In this document: in pieces, positions 9,870-21,413 of the stretch | Layout: each line of letters begins with the position of its first letter | Position numbering within the stretch: the first letter of the stretch is position 1 | Assembly: GCA_015295945.1 (NCBI GenBank) | Contig: DVED01000179.1 | Coordinates: 1,272-65,271, forward strand | Source of the DNA: Oscillatoriales cyanobacterium M59_W2019_021 | GTDB lineage: Bacteria > Cyanobacteriota > Cyanobacteriia > Cyanobacteriales > Geitlerinemataceae | Direction: 5' to 3' | DNA length: 64,000 nt | Position numbers and translations under genes: made by a program | Notes under the pieces: model-generated | The model's input: only the letters and a program-made list of their open reading frames with translations | Databases searched by the model: none | What the model was told of the DNA's origin: nothing

Positions 9870-10008
9870 TATAGCGCTACGTGCATACATTAGGACAAAA
9901 TTTTGTAGGGGCGAAGCATTTGCCCGACAATTTTGTCCGCGAGATGGCAAAGTTTATGCAAATGCTTCGCCCAGCTACCATGTCCTAACCTAAGCGCGTA
10001 GTGCTATA
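9870..10008. repeat. MITE-like nested palindromic element
   Basis: Perfect 15-bp inverted repeat GGGCGAAGCATTTGC (9909-9923) / GCAAATGCTTCGCCC (9958-9972). GGACAAAATT (9893-9902) / AATTTTGTCC (9929-9938). Imperfect outer arms TATAGCGCTACGTGC..TAGGAC / GTCCTAA..GCGCGTAGTGCTATA. Confidence 0.5.
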
Positions 10009-10074
10009 AGTGTGACGATTTTGGAAGCGGCAATTGGCGATCGCTCTGGTTCTCAATTCCCGGATCTCGATGAC

Positions 10075-13000
10075 CTACTCCTGAACCCCGGCAACTTCCG
10101 AATTTGCCCTCAACCGATCGATCCATTCTCTCGCCCGCACGAGTAGCGCTTTTAAGTCTTCAATAGCAGTGGCAATGCCGTCGAGAGAAGCGGCTTTCGC
10201 TTGTTGTTCGATGCGGTAGGCAATCTCGGGCATGCGTTCGATCGCGGCGGTTGAAGATGCCCCTTTCAGTTGGTGGGCGGCTTGGGCTAAAGCCGTAAAA
10301 TCCGGCGGCTCGCTTGCGGCAATCTCGATGCGGTGCAGGATGCGCGGAGCATCTTCGATAAAGGTTTGCAACACTTCTTGTTGAAAGTCGAAATCGTCGC
10401 CGATCAGCTCTTGCAAGCGCTCTAAATTAACGATCGGCGCTTCGGGTTCCGGTGGGGCGATCGGTTCTCGATTCTCGAAAGCGGGACGTCCCGCCGTCGA
10501 TCGTCCGTTACGCTCTCGCAGCCACTCCGACCAAACTTTCAGCGTCGCCGCCAATTGTTCCATCGCCACGGGTTTGCTGATGTAATCGTCCATCCCCACG
10601 TCCAAGCACTTTTCGCGCTCCCCTTTCATGGCGTTCGCCGTCAGGGCGATAACAACGGTGTGGCGACGGTCGCCTTCGATCGCGCGCAAGACTTTCGTGG
10701 TTTCGTAGCCGTCTAGGACGGGCATCAGGCAATCCATGAGAATGATGTCGTAGACCTCCCCGTCGAGCAGATCGAGGGCTTCTTCGCCATTATTGGCACA
10801 ATCGGCATCGATCCCCAAGAGTTTGAGTTGGTTGAGAATCACCTTGCGATTGATGGGCGTATCTTCCACCAACAAGACGTGCAGGTGAGACAATTCGGGT
10901 TTGACCGTTTGGGGGGTGTCTTCCGGAATCGGGGGGGCGGGTTCGATCGAACAGGTCGGAGACGGCGAATCTTGAAGGTGGGCGAACAGGGTATCCCACA
11001 GGCGCGAAGAATTGAGGGGTTTGAGCAGATACCCCACCGCCCCCAAATCGAGGGCGCGTTTGACTTGAGGGTGCTGTTGGATAAAGGCGAGGACGAGCCA
11101 ACGCATCTGCGACCACAGGGGATCGGCTTCGATCTCCCGATAGAAGCGATCTTCCAAATCATCGGTGTGGGGAAGATCCAACAGCATCAAATCGTAAGGC
11201 ATCCCGCGATCGACGGCGCTGCGAACCCTTCCCAGTGCCATCGCCGGATCGCGTTCCAGGGCGATCTCGATGCTCCATGCCGCGCACCAACTGGCGATCG
11301 CGCGACCGTTAGCATCGCTGGCACCGACCAGTAAAATCCGCTTTCTCGCCAAACCGAGTTGCGGTGCCGAGGGGACGGACAGCGATCGATCACCCCCTTG
11401 GAAACTGGCGGTAAACCAAAACGTCGAACCTTTACCCTCTTCGCTGTCTACGCCAATGCTTCCCCCCATTAGGCGCACGATTTGCTTGGAAATGGCTAGC
11501 CCCAAACCCGTCCCGCCATATTTGCGCGTGGTAGACGCATCCACTTGCGAAAAGGATTGGAACAGTTTGGCTTGACCTTCCGGAGAAATGCCGATGCCCG
11601 TATCTCGGACTTCAAAGCGTAGCTTTAAGGGGGAGATCTTCCCCCGCCCGGAGGCGTCTAACGGCTGGGGAAACGAGTCATCTCCAGGATCTAAGCGGAC
11701 TTCAATGCTAATCTCACCTTCCTCGGTAAATTTGATAGCGTTGCCCACTAAATTAGTCAGCACTTGAGTGAGTCGAGAATCATCCCCGTTGAGGAGGAGC
11801 GGCACGTCGTCGTCGATCGCCGTGAGAATATCCAGTCCTTTTGCCGTCGCCTGAATCGAGAGAGAATTGACTAATTCGTCCAAACAGGTTTTCAAATTAA
11901 AATCGATGGGGTTCAGGCGCATTTCCCCGGCTTCCAGCTTGGAGAAATCTAAAATATCGTTGATCAACAGCAACAGGTTCTTACCGCTATTTTGCAAGGT
12001 TTGGACGAAATCGCGCTGTTGGGCGTTGAGGGGGGTTTGCAATAGCAAGTCCGTCATTCCGATCACCCCATTCATCGGCGTGCGGATTTCGTGACTCATA
12101 TTTGCCAAAAATTGCGATTTCAGGCGCGTAGATTCCAGGGCGGCTTCTCGCGCTTCCACCCACAGATCGATAGTTTGGGTAACGATAACGATACCGCCGA
12201 TGGAGGGTCGATCGGTCGTCGAAATCTCGTCGGCAGCCCCGAAGCGATCTTGGGGTTGGGGATTGACGTACCAGGGTTGTACCACCCATTGCAAGTAGAT
12301 CGACGTGCCGTCATCGAGTTGGAACTGCTCTTCGGTTTTCGACAGAATTTCTCCCTTTAAAGCTCGCTGGTAAATCTCGCGCCAATGGGGGGGCAGATTG
12401 GGGAACACGGCATAGTGCGATCGCCCGATCAAGTCGCTGCAATCGAGATGGTAATCCGTCACCCACTGATTGCTGTGAGCCAGATAGCGCATTTCGGTAT
12501 CCAACATCGCCATAGCGACGGGAGCGTGGGTGATAATCTGTCGCAGTTGCTGCCGCTCTCGCTCCAAGGCGGCTTCGTAGCGCTGGCGTTCGGTGATGTC
12601 GGTGACGATGCTATCGACGCGCAGGGGCAAACCGTCGGCATCGAAAATGGCGTGGGCGCGATCTAAGACCGATCGCACTTCCCCAGACGGGAGGACGATG
12701 CGATAATCCAAACTCCAGGCAATGCTCTTCCCCGCCCGAATCGCCTGCCATTCCCGCTCCACTTTCGGGCGATCGTCGGGATGGATGACCTCCCACCACA
12801 AATGGGGATTTTCCAGAAAATCCGCTACCGGGCGATGGTAGACCCACTCGACACCGGGACTGACGTAGACGATGCCGAAGTCTTGGGGCGACAGCGACCA
12901 CACCGCATCTTGCAGGGAACTGAGAATGCTCTTGAGTTGCTGCTGGCTGACGCGCAGGGCTTCTTCGGCTTGTTTGCGGTTAATGCCGATGGCAATTTGG

Positions 13001-14916
13001 TCGGCAACGGCTGCCATGGCGTTGAGCGTCACCTCTGACAGGGGGAAGCGGGCGAAAATCGCCATCACCCCCACCACCTTCTGTTCGACAATCAGGGGAT
13101 AGCCGGCAAACGCCACCATGCCTTCCCGCTGCGCCCATTGGGGATCGCTGATTTGGGGATCGTCGAGGACTTCGTTAGTCAGGTGGGGTTTGCCCTGTTG
13201 GGCAATGCGACCGATTTTGTACCGACCCACCGGAATGCGGCTGTGAGCGCCGTCGATGTGGGTGTAGATCCCGGCGCTGGCTTGTAATTCCAAGCATCGA
13301 TCGTCGGCGTCTAGCACCCAAATGCGGGCGAATGCCGCGTCGAGATGGCGAACCAAAGCTTCGGTACAGCGCTGCAAAATTTGGCGCAGGGTGCCTTCTT
13401 GGGTGAGGGCAAAACCGACATCGGCACCCAATGCCGCTTGGCGCGATCGCTCTTGTAATTGGGCTTCGGCAAGCTGGCGCTCGACGATCTCCGTGGCGAG
13501 GGATTGGTTGGCGGCGGACAGTTCGGCAGTGCGATCGGCAACTCGCCCTTCCAAATCGTCGTAGGCGCGACGCAAGGCGACTTCGGCAAATTTGCGCTGG
13601 AGTTCCACTGCCGCGCGGGCGGCAAAAACGTTAATAATTTGACTGGTACCGCGATTGCGCAGAATGGGGCGATCGTCGAGCAAGCACAGATGCCCGACCA
13701 CCCGTTGCGAGGTTCCGAACAGCGGCACTCTCAACGCGCCACCCGCCTCGAACGAGTCCAGGGTTTCGGCATCGGGAAAGGGGGGTAAATCCAGGTCGTC
13801 GGGACGGTAGTGTCGCACGATCGCCGACCAACTGACATTCGACCAGAAAACGGGCGGATCGGGATTCGAGGCAACGGCTTCGGACAGGATGGCGTAGCGA
13901 ACGTCCAAGGCGGTCGCCAGATGGTGAACTAAGGCGGGGAAAAATCGCTCGCCCGTCACGGCTGCGGTTCCAGCCACGATGCTCTGGAGAGATTTCTCCG
14001 CTCGCTGGCGCTCTAGCACTTCAGTTTTGAGATCTTCTTCGACCCATTGGCGTTGTAGTTCCGCCGCCGCTCGTCCCGCAAAGACACTGACGATCGCCTC
14101 GATCCGCTCCGGATCGCGAAAGGGTTTGTCATCCAACACGCACAAATGACCGATCGGCTGGCGATCGCTGTCGAACAGGGGCATTCCCAGATAGCTATGG
14201 GCGTTAAGGCGCGAGATTTCTCGATGGTCTGGGAACAAGGCTTGGAGGTTATCGGGGTAGCAGACGGTTTTTCGCATCTGCTTGACTCGCCGAGACGGCG
14301 GTAAGTCGATGGCAACTCCTGGGTTTTCCACCAAATGGTTGCCATCCCAAAATGCCAGAGTCACGTCCCGCTGGAACCCGTCGGGCAAGGATTGGACGAT
14401 CGAGACGTAACGAACGCCCAGCGACGATGCCAGGTGGCGAGCCAAGGCGGGAAAGAAGTCCGCTCCCGTTGCCGATGCCGTCCCCACGAGGACATTTTGC
14501 AGAATGGATTCGGTTTGCTTGCGCTCGACGAGTTCTTGGCGCAGCGCCCGGTTGATCGCGATCAAGTGGGGTAATCCCGGTAGAGTCAGGGTGCGGGCGA
14601 CTTGGCGGAGGATGCGGGCGATGGCGATCGCCCCGACGACGGCAGTTGCGGCTTTGACGATGCCCAAGATTTCCCCGTCGAAATGGCGATCGACCCACCC
14701 GGCTATGAGGTGAGTCGTCCCGTTGGCGACGGCAAACGCCACGATCCACGCGATCGACCAATCTCGGCGCACCTGCTGGCGCTTGCGGGTTAAATAAAGG
14801 AGGGCAATGGCGATCGCGTAAAACGAGAGGGCGATCGAAAAATCTGCCGTGCCGTCCCACCCCAAGTAACTGGGTTGCCACAACCCGTCGCCTGCCTCCA
14901 AACTCGTTGCTGCCAT
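10075..14916 (-). CDS. membrane-anchored hybrid sensor histidine kinase (GAF x3, PAS x2, HisKA, HATPase, two receiver-like domains, Hpt)
   Basis: H-box [12 protein letters not shown]-box [25 protein letters not shown]; receiver [11 protein letters not shown]...[12 protein letters not shown]; Hpt [12 protein letters not shown] at 14916 lies two codons inside the TTG ORF start. Confidence 0.9.
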   Translation of the reverse strand: MAATSLEAGDGLWQPSYLGWDGTADFSIALSFYAIAIALLYLTRKRQQVRRDWSIAWIVAFAVANGTTHLIAGWVDRHFDGEILGIVKAATAVVGAIAIARILRQVARTLTLPGLPHLIAINRALRQELVERKQTESILQNVLVGTASATGADFFPALARHLASSLGVRYVSIVQSLPDGFQRDVTLAFWDGNHLVENPGVAIDLPPSRRVKQMRKTVCYPDNLQALFPDHREISRLNAHSYLGMPLFDSDRQPIGHLCVLDDKPFRDPERIEAIVSVFAGRAAAELQRQWVEEDLKTEVLERQRAEKSLQSIVAGTAAVTGERFFPALVHHLATALDVRYAILSEAVASNPDPPVFWSNVSWSAIVRHYRPDDLDLPPFPDAETLDSFEAGGALRVPLFGTSQRVVGHLCLLDDRPILRNRGTSQIINVFAARAAVELQRKFAEVALRRAYDDLEGRVADRTAELSAANQSLATEIVERQLAEAQLQERSRQAALGADVGFALTQEGTLRQILQRCTEALVRHLDAAFARIWVLDADDRCLELQASAGIYTHIDGAHSRIPVGRYKIGRIAQQGKPHLTNEVLDDPQISDPQWAQREGMVAFAGYPLIVEQKVVGVMAIFARFPLSEVTLNAMAAVADQIAIGINRKQAEEALRVSQQQLKSILSSLQDAVWSLSPQDFGIVYVSPGVEWVYHRPVADFLENPHLWWEVIHPDDRPKVEREWQAIRAGKSIAWSLDYRIVLPSGEVRSVLDRAHAIFDADGLPLRVDSIVTDITERQRYEAALERERQQLRQIITHAPVAMAMLDTEMRYLAHSNQWVTDYHLDCSDLIGRSHYAVFPNLPPHWREIYQRALKGEILSKTEEQFQLDDGTSIYLQWVVQPWYVNPQPQDRFGAADEISTTDRPSIGGIVIVTQTIDLWVEAREAALESTRLKSQFLANMSHEIRTPMNGVIGMTDLLLQTPLNAQQRDFVQTLQNSGKNLLLLINDILDFSKLEAGEMRLNPIDFNLKTCLDELVNSLSIQATAKGLDILTAIDDDVPLLLNGDDSRLTQVLTNLVGNAIKFTEEGEISIEVRLDPGDDSFPQPLDASGRGKISPLKLRFEVRDTGIGISPEGQAKLFQSFSQVDASTTRKYGGTGLGLAISKQIVRLMGGSIGVDSEEGKGSTFWFTASFQGGDRSLSVPSAPQLGLARKRILLVGASDANGRAIASWCAAWSIEIALERDPAMALGRVRSAVDRGMPYDLMLLDLPHTDDLEDRFYREIEADPLWSQMRWLVLAFIQQHPQVKRALDLGAVGYLLKPLNSSRLWDTLFAHLQDSPSPTCSIEPAPPIPEDTPQTVKPELSHLHVLLVEDTPINRKVILNQLKLLGIDADCANNGEEALDLLDGEVYDIILMDCLMPVLDGYETTKVLRAIEGDRRHTVVIALTANAMKGEREKCLDVGMDDYISKPVAMEQLAATLKVWSEWLRERNGRSTAGRPAFENREPIAPPEPEAPIVNLERLQELIGDDFDFQQEVLQTFIEDAPRILHRIEIAASEPPDFTALAQAAHQLKGASSTAAIERMPEIAYRIEQQAKAASLDGIATAIEDLKALLVRAREWIDRLRANSEVAGVQE

Positions 14917-15633
14917 CACCAATTCGATCGCCCCTGAAACTCAACGTTGAGACCGTGAATGTTTATTGTCTGAGATCGTACGCAATTTTGGCGAGGAATT
15001 CATAAATAAATCAGATTGCAGAAGGTCTTTCAAATATCGCGACCGTCATTGCTATGAGGACTTTTAGAACGGATGAGAATCTCGATCGGTTGATGGAAAA
15101 TTCGGGCATTCTGACACCGAAATCTCCACAGTCGCTCGAACGATTTCCCTAGCGGTCAACCGGGTGACGATCGATGCCGATTGACTCGAACTATCCCATC
15201 AATCTGGGACTCGAGAAGGAATTTGAGGGTGGGGTTGGGGTTGAGAATCTCGCAGGTCTTGACCGCACTCTTCTCTAAGGCTAGCAGATGTCTCTAGTAA
15301 CGTCTCGGCATTGTAGGGAGAGAGTCCGACTGGAGAACCGACCATCGAGCGGTTACCCGCAATCGGCAATAGCCCCCACGCCAATAGTCAATCCCCAACC
15401 CCAAAAAAGAAATTACAGAAAACGTGCGGATCGACCCCGAGGAGAGTTGCATTTAGTACAATAGGCAGACTGGGGCGTTATTGTCCGATTTTGCCAATAG
15501 CGCCTCGCACGGATTCTGATCGTGGAGTCCCCACTCGCTCGGCGAGACCAAACGGGCAAACTTTGCAGAATCGTGCAGTGTCTTCGTTAAATGTCCACTC
15601 TTTAGGGATGTGTCTCCGCCGCTAGGAGGTTTT

Positions 15634-16659
15634 ATGAGTTCATCGTCCAAACGATCGTCGAAATCGCCCAATTCACCCCCACCAACACCCGATCCCCAAA
15701 CGCCTCCCGTTGCTGAGGCTAGCACTCCCGCATCCGTTGCTCCGGAAATCGAAGAAACACCAACTGCCGATCCTTCCCCAGGGGAAGCAACCCCCAAACC
15801 TACTTCGGAGGACTCTACCTCCGACTCGACTGAATCTCCGAAGACCTCTCGACACCAGCCGATTCCCCCTCCCAGCGAGCCCCGACAATATCGGGCAATC
15901 GGTTTGGTTCGGGGTCAGTACGCGCCTTCGATCGACCAGATCACGCGAGGTGCGCTGATGGCAAGTAGCGACGGCACGCCGATTAATGCCGTTCTGCTCG
16001 GACGAGTTATGAGTTTGGTGAAAAACCACATCGATCTCCAGCAAACTCACCTGTGGGTGGTTTATCCCCGCACCGGGCAGCAAGACGGGAACTTGCACGT
16101 CCAAATCGTGGGGGTTTGGGAACCCGAAACCCTCAACGAAGCCGAGGAGGACGCATCGTCTGAGGAGCAGGAAACCGATGCGGCATCGACCGAAATCGAT
16201 GTCGAAGATAATTACTTTTCCGTTCGAGGAGAAGTAATTTTTGCCGATCGCCAACAGGGCTATTTGGTCGTCAAAATCAAGCAAGCTCCCCGGAAACAGG
16301 GCGAAAAGCCGAAGTTTTTCAAGCTGAAGTTGGTGGGCACTCTTCCCGGCAAACCCGTCGGTCATTTTTGGGAATTTCATGTCTGCCGCCAGGGCAACGA
16401 TCTGGTGATTCAAGAATGTCACGATATGGGCGCACTGCCGGTTCGCAAACCGTTTAAGGGCGGTTCCAAACGGTTCGATCGCAATAAAAATCGCGGTGGC
16501 TATTCCGGCAAGCCATCTCGCTATCCACCCAGGGGCGATAAGGATAAGGGAGAACGGCGACCCCCGTCTAAGCCGATTCCTCGGAATAAGCCCAAAGAAG
16601 GTTCTGCTTCCAGTAGCCTGCCGAAAAAGAACTTTCCATCCAATCGTTCGTCGAGTTAG
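15634..16659 (+). CDS. hypothetical protein with a P/S/T-rich N-terminus, an acidic linker and a strongly basic C-terminal tail
   Basis: AGGAGG lies 6 nt before the ATG at 15634. The central region (YRAIGLVRGQY...LWVVYPRTG...HVQIVGVWEP) looks globular. The antisense 361-aa ORF was judged spurious. Confidence 0.6.
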   Translation: MSSSSKRSSKSPNSPPPTPDPQTPPVAEASTPASVAPEIEETPTADPSPGEATPKPTSEDSTSDSTESPKTSRHQPIPPPSEPRQYRAIGLVRGQYAPSIDQITRGALMASSDGTPINAVLLGRVMSLVKNHIDLQQTHLWVVYPRTGQQDGNLHVQIVGVWEPETLNEAEEDASSEEQETDAASTEIDVEDNYFSVRGEVIFADRQQGYLVVKIKQAPRKQGEKPKFFKLKLVGTLPGKPVGHFWEFHVCRQGNDLVIQECHDMGALPVRKPFKGGSKRFDRNKNRGGYSGKPSRYPPRGDKDKGERRPPSKPIPRNKPKEGSASSSLPKKNFPSNRSSS

Positions 16660-16838
16660 AGAGAGGGCGATCTCGAGGGCAAAAAACGGGCGCGGTGTGC
16701 TGACAGGACGATGGCAAACTGCGCCCTTTGCTGTTGTGTTAGACCCTCGCACACCCAACCCGCCGTGCGATTACCCTTGCCCCGATCGCTCCGGGTATGT
16801 CATTCTGAGCAAGTGAAGTTCGAGTCAAGGGCTTAACT

Positions 16839-17666
16839 ATGGCAAGTCAAGAGCCGATTCCCGTCGTCGTCAACGGGGCGACGGGCAAAATGGGACGAGA
16901 GGTCATTAAAGCGGTTGCCGCCGCCGAAGATATGATGCTGCTGGGGGCAGTGGATACCAATGCCGAGTATCTCGGTCGCGATATTGGGGAAGTCGTCGGC
17001 TGCGGTCCGCTGGAAGTTCCCGTGCTGAACGAGTTGCAAAGCACCTTGGTCATGGCAACTCAGGAAAAACAGCAAGGGGTGATGGTGGATTTTACCCATC
17101 CCGATTCGGTGTACGATAATGTGCGATCGGCGATCGCTTATGGCATTCGTCCGGTGGTAGGAACCACGGGGTTGAGTGCCGCGCAAATTCAGGAGTTGGC
17201 GGAGTTTGCCGAGAAAGCCAGCACGGGATGCCTGATTATTCCCAACTTCTCCATCGGCATGGTCTTACTCCAACAGGCTGCTATTCGTGCCTCTCAGTAT
17301 TTCGATCATGTGGAAATTATCGAACTCCACCACAACCAAAAAGCGGACGCCCCCAGCGGCACGGCACTGCAAACGGCGCAAATGCTCGCCGGATTGGGTA
17401 AAACTTTCAATCCGCCCCAGGTGAAGGAAACCGAACATTTGGCGGGTGCTAGAGGGAGTTTAGCCGACGAAAACATCCGCATTCACAGCGTCCGCCTGCC
17501 AGGATTGATCGCCCATCAGGAAGTGATTTTCGGCGCCCCCGGTCAGATTTATACCCTGCGTCACGATACGAGCGATCGCGCGTGTTATATGCCGGGGGTG
17601 TTGTTGTCGATCCGTAAAGTCACCCAACTCAAAACCCTCGTTTGTGGGTTAGAAAAAATCCTGTAA
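16839..17666 (+). CDS. dapB: 4-hydroxy-tetrahydrodipicolinate reductase
   Basis: [16 protein letters not shown]-binding motif; [15 protein letters not shown] signature. Confidence 0.95.
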   Translation: MASQEPIPVVVNGATGKMGREVIKAVAAAEDMMLLGAVDTNAEYLGRDIGEVVGCGPLEVPVLNELQSTLVMATQEKQQGVMVDFTHPDSVYDNVRSAIAYGIRPVVGTTGLSAAQIQELAEFAEKASTGCLIIPNFSIGMVLLQQAAIRASQYFDHVEIIELHHNQKADAPSGTALQTAQMLAGLGKTFNPPQVKETEHLAGARGSLADENIRIHSVRLPGLIAHQEVIFGAPGQIYTLRHDTSDRACYMPGVLLSIRKVTQLKTLVCGLEKIL

Positions 17667-17986
17667 GTTTCGGTTCTACCCTAAGATCGGCTCGTTTGGC
17701 ATCCGAAGTTAAAGGGGTTTGTAAAGAAACTGTAAAGCTCCGGATCGCTCGAACGGGATGGGAAACTTGGCAAAGTCTTTAGGACGTAGTATTCCCGGAT
17801 TTTTCCGTTCTTTTTCGGCGATCGGACATTCTTTATCGAAGTTTTACACAAAGCCATCCATCGGTCGCGTTTTCTTTACAGGACTGGACTTAGAATAAAC
17901 ATAATCGAGAGCGCGATTATCAAATTTAGCTTCCCGCTCGATCAATATCCAGTTAACCGAGAGTGGTGCAAAACGTGGCAAGAATC

Positions 17987-18742
17987 ATGGAAAAAATTCG
18001 ATTGCTGAACGTCTCGATCGATAACTTATCCCAAGATGAGTTACTCCAAAAATTAGCCCAGGATGGCGGGGTGGTCTTCACCCCTAATGTCGATCATATT
18101 GTCAAACTTCAGAAAGATCCGGAGTTTTATCAAATTTATCACCAACCCTCCAACTATATTATTTGCGATAGCAAGATTTTATGTTTTATCTCTAAGCTCT
18201 TAGGTCAGCCCATTCGCGAAAAAATTTCGGGTTCGGATTTCTTTCCCGCATTTTATCGCTACTACAGTGACAACGAAGACATGAAGATCTTCTTGCTGGG
18301 AGCGGCAGACGGTGTGGCTAGCAAAGCCCAAAATCGCATCAATCGCGAAGTGGGTCGCGAAATGGTTGTGGGTTCTTACTCCCCGCCGTTTGGCTTTGAA
18401 AAAGACGAGGCAGAATGTCAAAAGATTCTCGAGTTAATCAAAGAATCTGGTGCAACGGTCTTGGCAGTGGGACTGGGTGCGCCCAAACAAGAAAAGTGGA
18501 TTGCCAAGTATAAAGAACAACTCCCCAATATTAAAATCTTCTTGGCGATCGGAGCGACGATCGACTTTGAAGCGGGTGAAAAAAGCCGGGCACCCAAATG
18601 GATGAGCGAGTCGGGTTTGGAGTGGCTGTATCGCTTAGCGACAGAACCCAAGCGCCTGTGGAAACGCTATCTCGTTGAATCGCTGCCCTTTTTCTGGCTG
18701 ATCCTCAAACAACGGTTCAATCGTTACGAAGCTCCCTTTTAA
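17987..18742 (+). CDS. WecB/TagA/CpsF-family glycosyltransferase
   Basis: FTPNVDHIVK, LLGAADGVA, LAVGLGAPKQEKW, EWLYRL motifs. ATG at 17987 is preferred over GTG at 17963. Confidence 0.85.
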   Translation: MEKIRLLNVSIDNLSQDELLQKLAQDGGVVFTPNVDHIVKLQKDPEFYQIYHQPSNYIICDSKILCFISKLLGQPIREKISGSDFFPAFYRYYSDNEDMKIFLLGAADGVASKAQNRINREVGREMVVGSYSPPFGFEKDEAECQKILELIKESGATVLAVGLGAPKQEKWIAKYKEQLPNIKIFLAIGATIDFEAGEKSRAPKWMSESGLEWLYRLATEPKRLWKRYLVESLPFFWLILKQRFNRYEAPF

Positions 18743-18838
18743 TGCATAACCTCTCTAGCGAACGGATAGCAACCCGGTTTCCTGGCGAAGCTGGGTTTTT
18801 TCATAGCGCAATCTGGGATATATTCATAGATCCCAACA

Positions 18839-20308
18839 TTAACGATGCCATTCGGTGATGCCGCCGGGTTTGTCAATTAACGTAATCCCAGAGGTTTTCA
18901 GTTCGTCGCGCAGGCGATCGCTTTCGGCAAAGTTTTTGGCTTGACGTGCGGCTTTTCTGCGATCGATTAAAGCTTCAATTTCCGCATCGGTCAACCCTCC
19001 AACAGCCGTTTGGGGTTCTTCCTGGGATCGCACTTCCAACCCCAGCACCTCCGCCAACTCAACCAACGTATGCCACTGCTGCTGCAATGTTGCCGCATCG
19101 GTATCCGCTTTGCCTTGATGCACCAAGACGTTCCCTTCTCGCTGCAATGCCTTCGCCAATTCAAACACCACCGCCAAACCGCCAGGGGTATTGATATCCC
19201 CATCCATTGCCTGTTGGAATCGTTCTTGATACGCAGAAATCGTTTCGGTTTCGGCATCGTTCCAGCCGAGTTTTTCCCCGAACTTCTTGCCGAATAGCAA
19301 ACCTTCTTTGAGAGTATTCCAGCCATTTTCTGCCGAGGCGATCGCCTCTGGGGTAAAATCTAAGGGCTTGCGATAGTGCGCTTGCAGGATAAACAATCGC
19401 AGCGCCATCGGATCGACCACTTGGGGATACACCGACCATTTCCCGTCCAACAAATCGCGAATGGTGGTGAAATTGCCCAAGGATTTGGACATCTTCTCCC
19501 CACTCACTGTGACCATGCCATTGTGCAGCCAAAAATTCGCCAGGGGTTTTCCCGTTGCCGCTTCCGATTGGGCGATTTCGTTCTCGTGGTGGGGAAACAC
19601 CAAATCCGCACCGCCGCAGTGAATGTCGATGGTTTCGCCGAGGCAATCGCGCACCATTGCCGAACATTCGATATGCCATCCCGGACGACCATTCCCCCAC
19701 GGCGACTCCCAGAACGGTTCCTCGGGTTTGGCTGCCTTCCACAAGGCAAAATCGAAGGGATCTTCCTTCTTCGGTGCGTCTGCGTCCGCCGCTTCCACCC
19801 GACCGCTGCGTCCGGCTTCCATCTCCTCGAGTTTGCGGTTCGACAGCTTGCCGTACCCGTCGAATTTGCGCACGCGGTAGTAAACATCGCCATTAGCTGG
19901 GTAGGCGAACCCGCGAGTTTCCAACTCGCGAATCAGGCGTTGAATGCCGTTAAGGGTGTGGGTGGCACGAGGATATTCGTCGGCTTTGAGGACGTTTAAC
20001 CGCTCCATATCTTCAAAATACGTCTCGGTAAAGCGATCGGCAACTGCCTGCATGGTCGAACCCGTTTCTCGGGCACGGTTGAGGATTTTATCGTCGATAT
20101 CGGTGAAATTCTGCACGTAGCGCACCTGGTAGCCGCGCCACATCAGATACCGCCGCACTACATCCCAAATCGTATACGATCGCGCGTGACCGACGTGGCA
20201 GTAATCGTAGACGGTGACGCCGCAGCAGTACATCCGCACTCGACCGGGTTCGAGGGGAACGAAGGGTTCTTCGCGACGGGTGAGGGTGTTGTACAGGGTG
20301 AGGCTCAT
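18839..20308 (-). CDS. cysS: cysteine--tRNA ligase
   Basis: HVGHARS (HIGH) and KMSKSLGN (KMSKS) motifs; 489 aa. Confidence 0.95.
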   Translation of the reverse strand: MSLTLYNTLTRREEPFVPLEPGRVRMYCCGVTVYDYCHVGHARSYTIWDVVRRYLMWRGYQVRYVQNFTDIDDKILNRARETGSTMQAVADRFTETYFEDMERLNVLKADEYPRATHTLNGIQRLIRELETRGFAYPANGDVYYRVRKFDGYGKLSNRKLEEMEAGRSGRVEAADADAPKKEDPFDFALWKAAKPEEPFWESPWGNGRPGWHIECSAMVRDCLGETIDIHCGGADLVFPHHENEIAQSEAATGKPLANFWLHNGMVTVSGEKMSKSLGNFTTIRDLLDGKWSVYPQVVDPMALRLFILQAHYRKPLDFTPEAIASAENGWNTLKEGLLFGKKFGEKLGWNDAETETISAYQERFQQAMDGDINTPGGLAVVFELAKALQREGNVLVHQGKADTDAATLQQQWHTLVELAEVLGLEVRSQEEPQTAVGGLTDAEIEALIDRRKAARQAKNFAESDRLRDELKTSGITLIDKPGGITEWHR

Positions 20309-20373
20309 AGGGCTGCGTCCGGCAATACAAGGGCGATCGGTCTTCGGTATTTATCTTAAACGGTCGTGGGTCA

Positions 20374-20429
20374 CTGGTCATTTGTCATTTGTCATTTGGG
20401 GTTGGTCAATTACCCATTCCCCATCTTCA
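20374..20429. repeat. STRR-like heptanucleotide array (8 heptads)
   Basis: CTGGTCA TTTGTCA TTTGTCA TTTGGGG TTGGTCA ATTACCC ATTCCCC ATCTTCA in continuous 7-nt register, upstream of cysS. Confidence 0.7.
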
Positions 20430-20543
20430 TTTTGATAATTTTCACAAACATTTATATCCGTACTCAAATCGATCGCCTACAATAAAACTACGGTCAAGAA
20501 TGCCGCAGAATAACAATCGATCGCGCCTTCGAGGACGTTAACG

Positions 20544-20873
20544 ATGAAACAAATTTTAGGCATCGATGGAGAGAACTTCAACCCGAAAGAATCGTTAACC
20601 GGATGTCACCATTCGGAAACGTTAGCCGATGAGAGTTACGCTCCTCTCGGTTTTGAGACGAACGATTCAACTGTGGGTGCAAAGACCGATTGTTTGGCAG
20701 GCGATCGAGCGCCCAAAGCTTCGATTTTAGGCGTTTCGCAACTCGATGGCGAAGATCTCTCGGAAATCGGTCAAGAAGCCGATCGGTCTGGCGAAATCCA
20801 TCGATTCGTTACCGATTTACTGTGCGAACCTCCCGTTCCAGATGCCAATTTCCAGACTTTATTTGAGTTATGA
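20544..20873 (+). CDS. hypothetical acidic protein
   Basis: 109-aa ORF whose stop overlaps the next start (ATGA at 20870). No recognisable motif. Confidence 0.4.
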   Translation: MKQILGIDGENFNPKESLTGCHHSETLADESYAPLGFETNDSTVGAKTDCLAGDRAPKASILGVSQLDGEDLSEIGQEADRSGEIHRFVTDLLCEPPVPDANFQTLFEL

Positions 20874-21220
20874 AATCGAGTTGGAGGCATTGGAAACTAG
20901 TCGCGATCGTCTGTCTCGTTGGGATAGCGATTGCATTTGCCGCGATGCCTGTCAGTGCGACGATTAACGAATCCCGGATTTCTCGCCTCGAGTCCGATAT
21001 TTATCGATTGCAAACCGAAGTCAGCCAACTCAGTTCGCAACTTCGCCGCCTCGATCGCGCCAACCCAAATCCAGTAGAAGTTCCCGCGATCGACCGCTCC
21101 CAAACTGCCACCACTGCCAGCGATCCGATGTTCGATCGTTTGGCTACGCTCGTTATCGAACTCAAGCGGAGAATAGACGGATTTGAAGAACGCCTCGTTG
21201 AATTAGAGCAATCTCGCTAA
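20870..21220 (+). CDS. hypothetical membrane-anchored coiled-coil protein
   Basis: N-terminal TM helix (LVAIVCLVGIAIAFAAMPV) followed by heptad-like SRLESDIYRLQTEVSQLSSQLRRL. Confidence 0.5.
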   Translation: MKSSWRHWKLVAIVCLVGIAIAFAAMPVSATINESRISRLESDIYRLQTEVSQLSSQLRRLDRANPNPVEVPAIDRSQTATTASDPMFDRLATLVIELKRRIDGFEERLVELEQSR

Positions 21221-21413
21221 ATTTTGTACATCTGCTTTCCTTATGCCTTCTGCTATACCGAACTCGGATCGATGGGTTCCCACCCCGATCGCGATCGCCG
21301 TGCCTCGATACAATAGGAATATTTCAAAGCCAGGTCGAAATGGGACGAACGAAGCGCGACACCGACCTCGCTCCCAACCGATCTGGCAGCAACGATGGGG
21401 ATAATCGAACATT

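Noticed and set aside
15673-16758. 361-aa antisense ORF opposite the 15634-16659 gene. Similar long shadow ORFs occur at 2252-2761, 14249-14944, 19161-19742, 35333-36037, 44972-45532, 61049-61570 and 61848-62597.
   Set aside because: They lie antisense to, or out of frame within, genes that have strong family motifs. They are Arg/Pro/Gly-rich as expected for shadow frames in this GC range and have no motifs or ribosome-binding sites.
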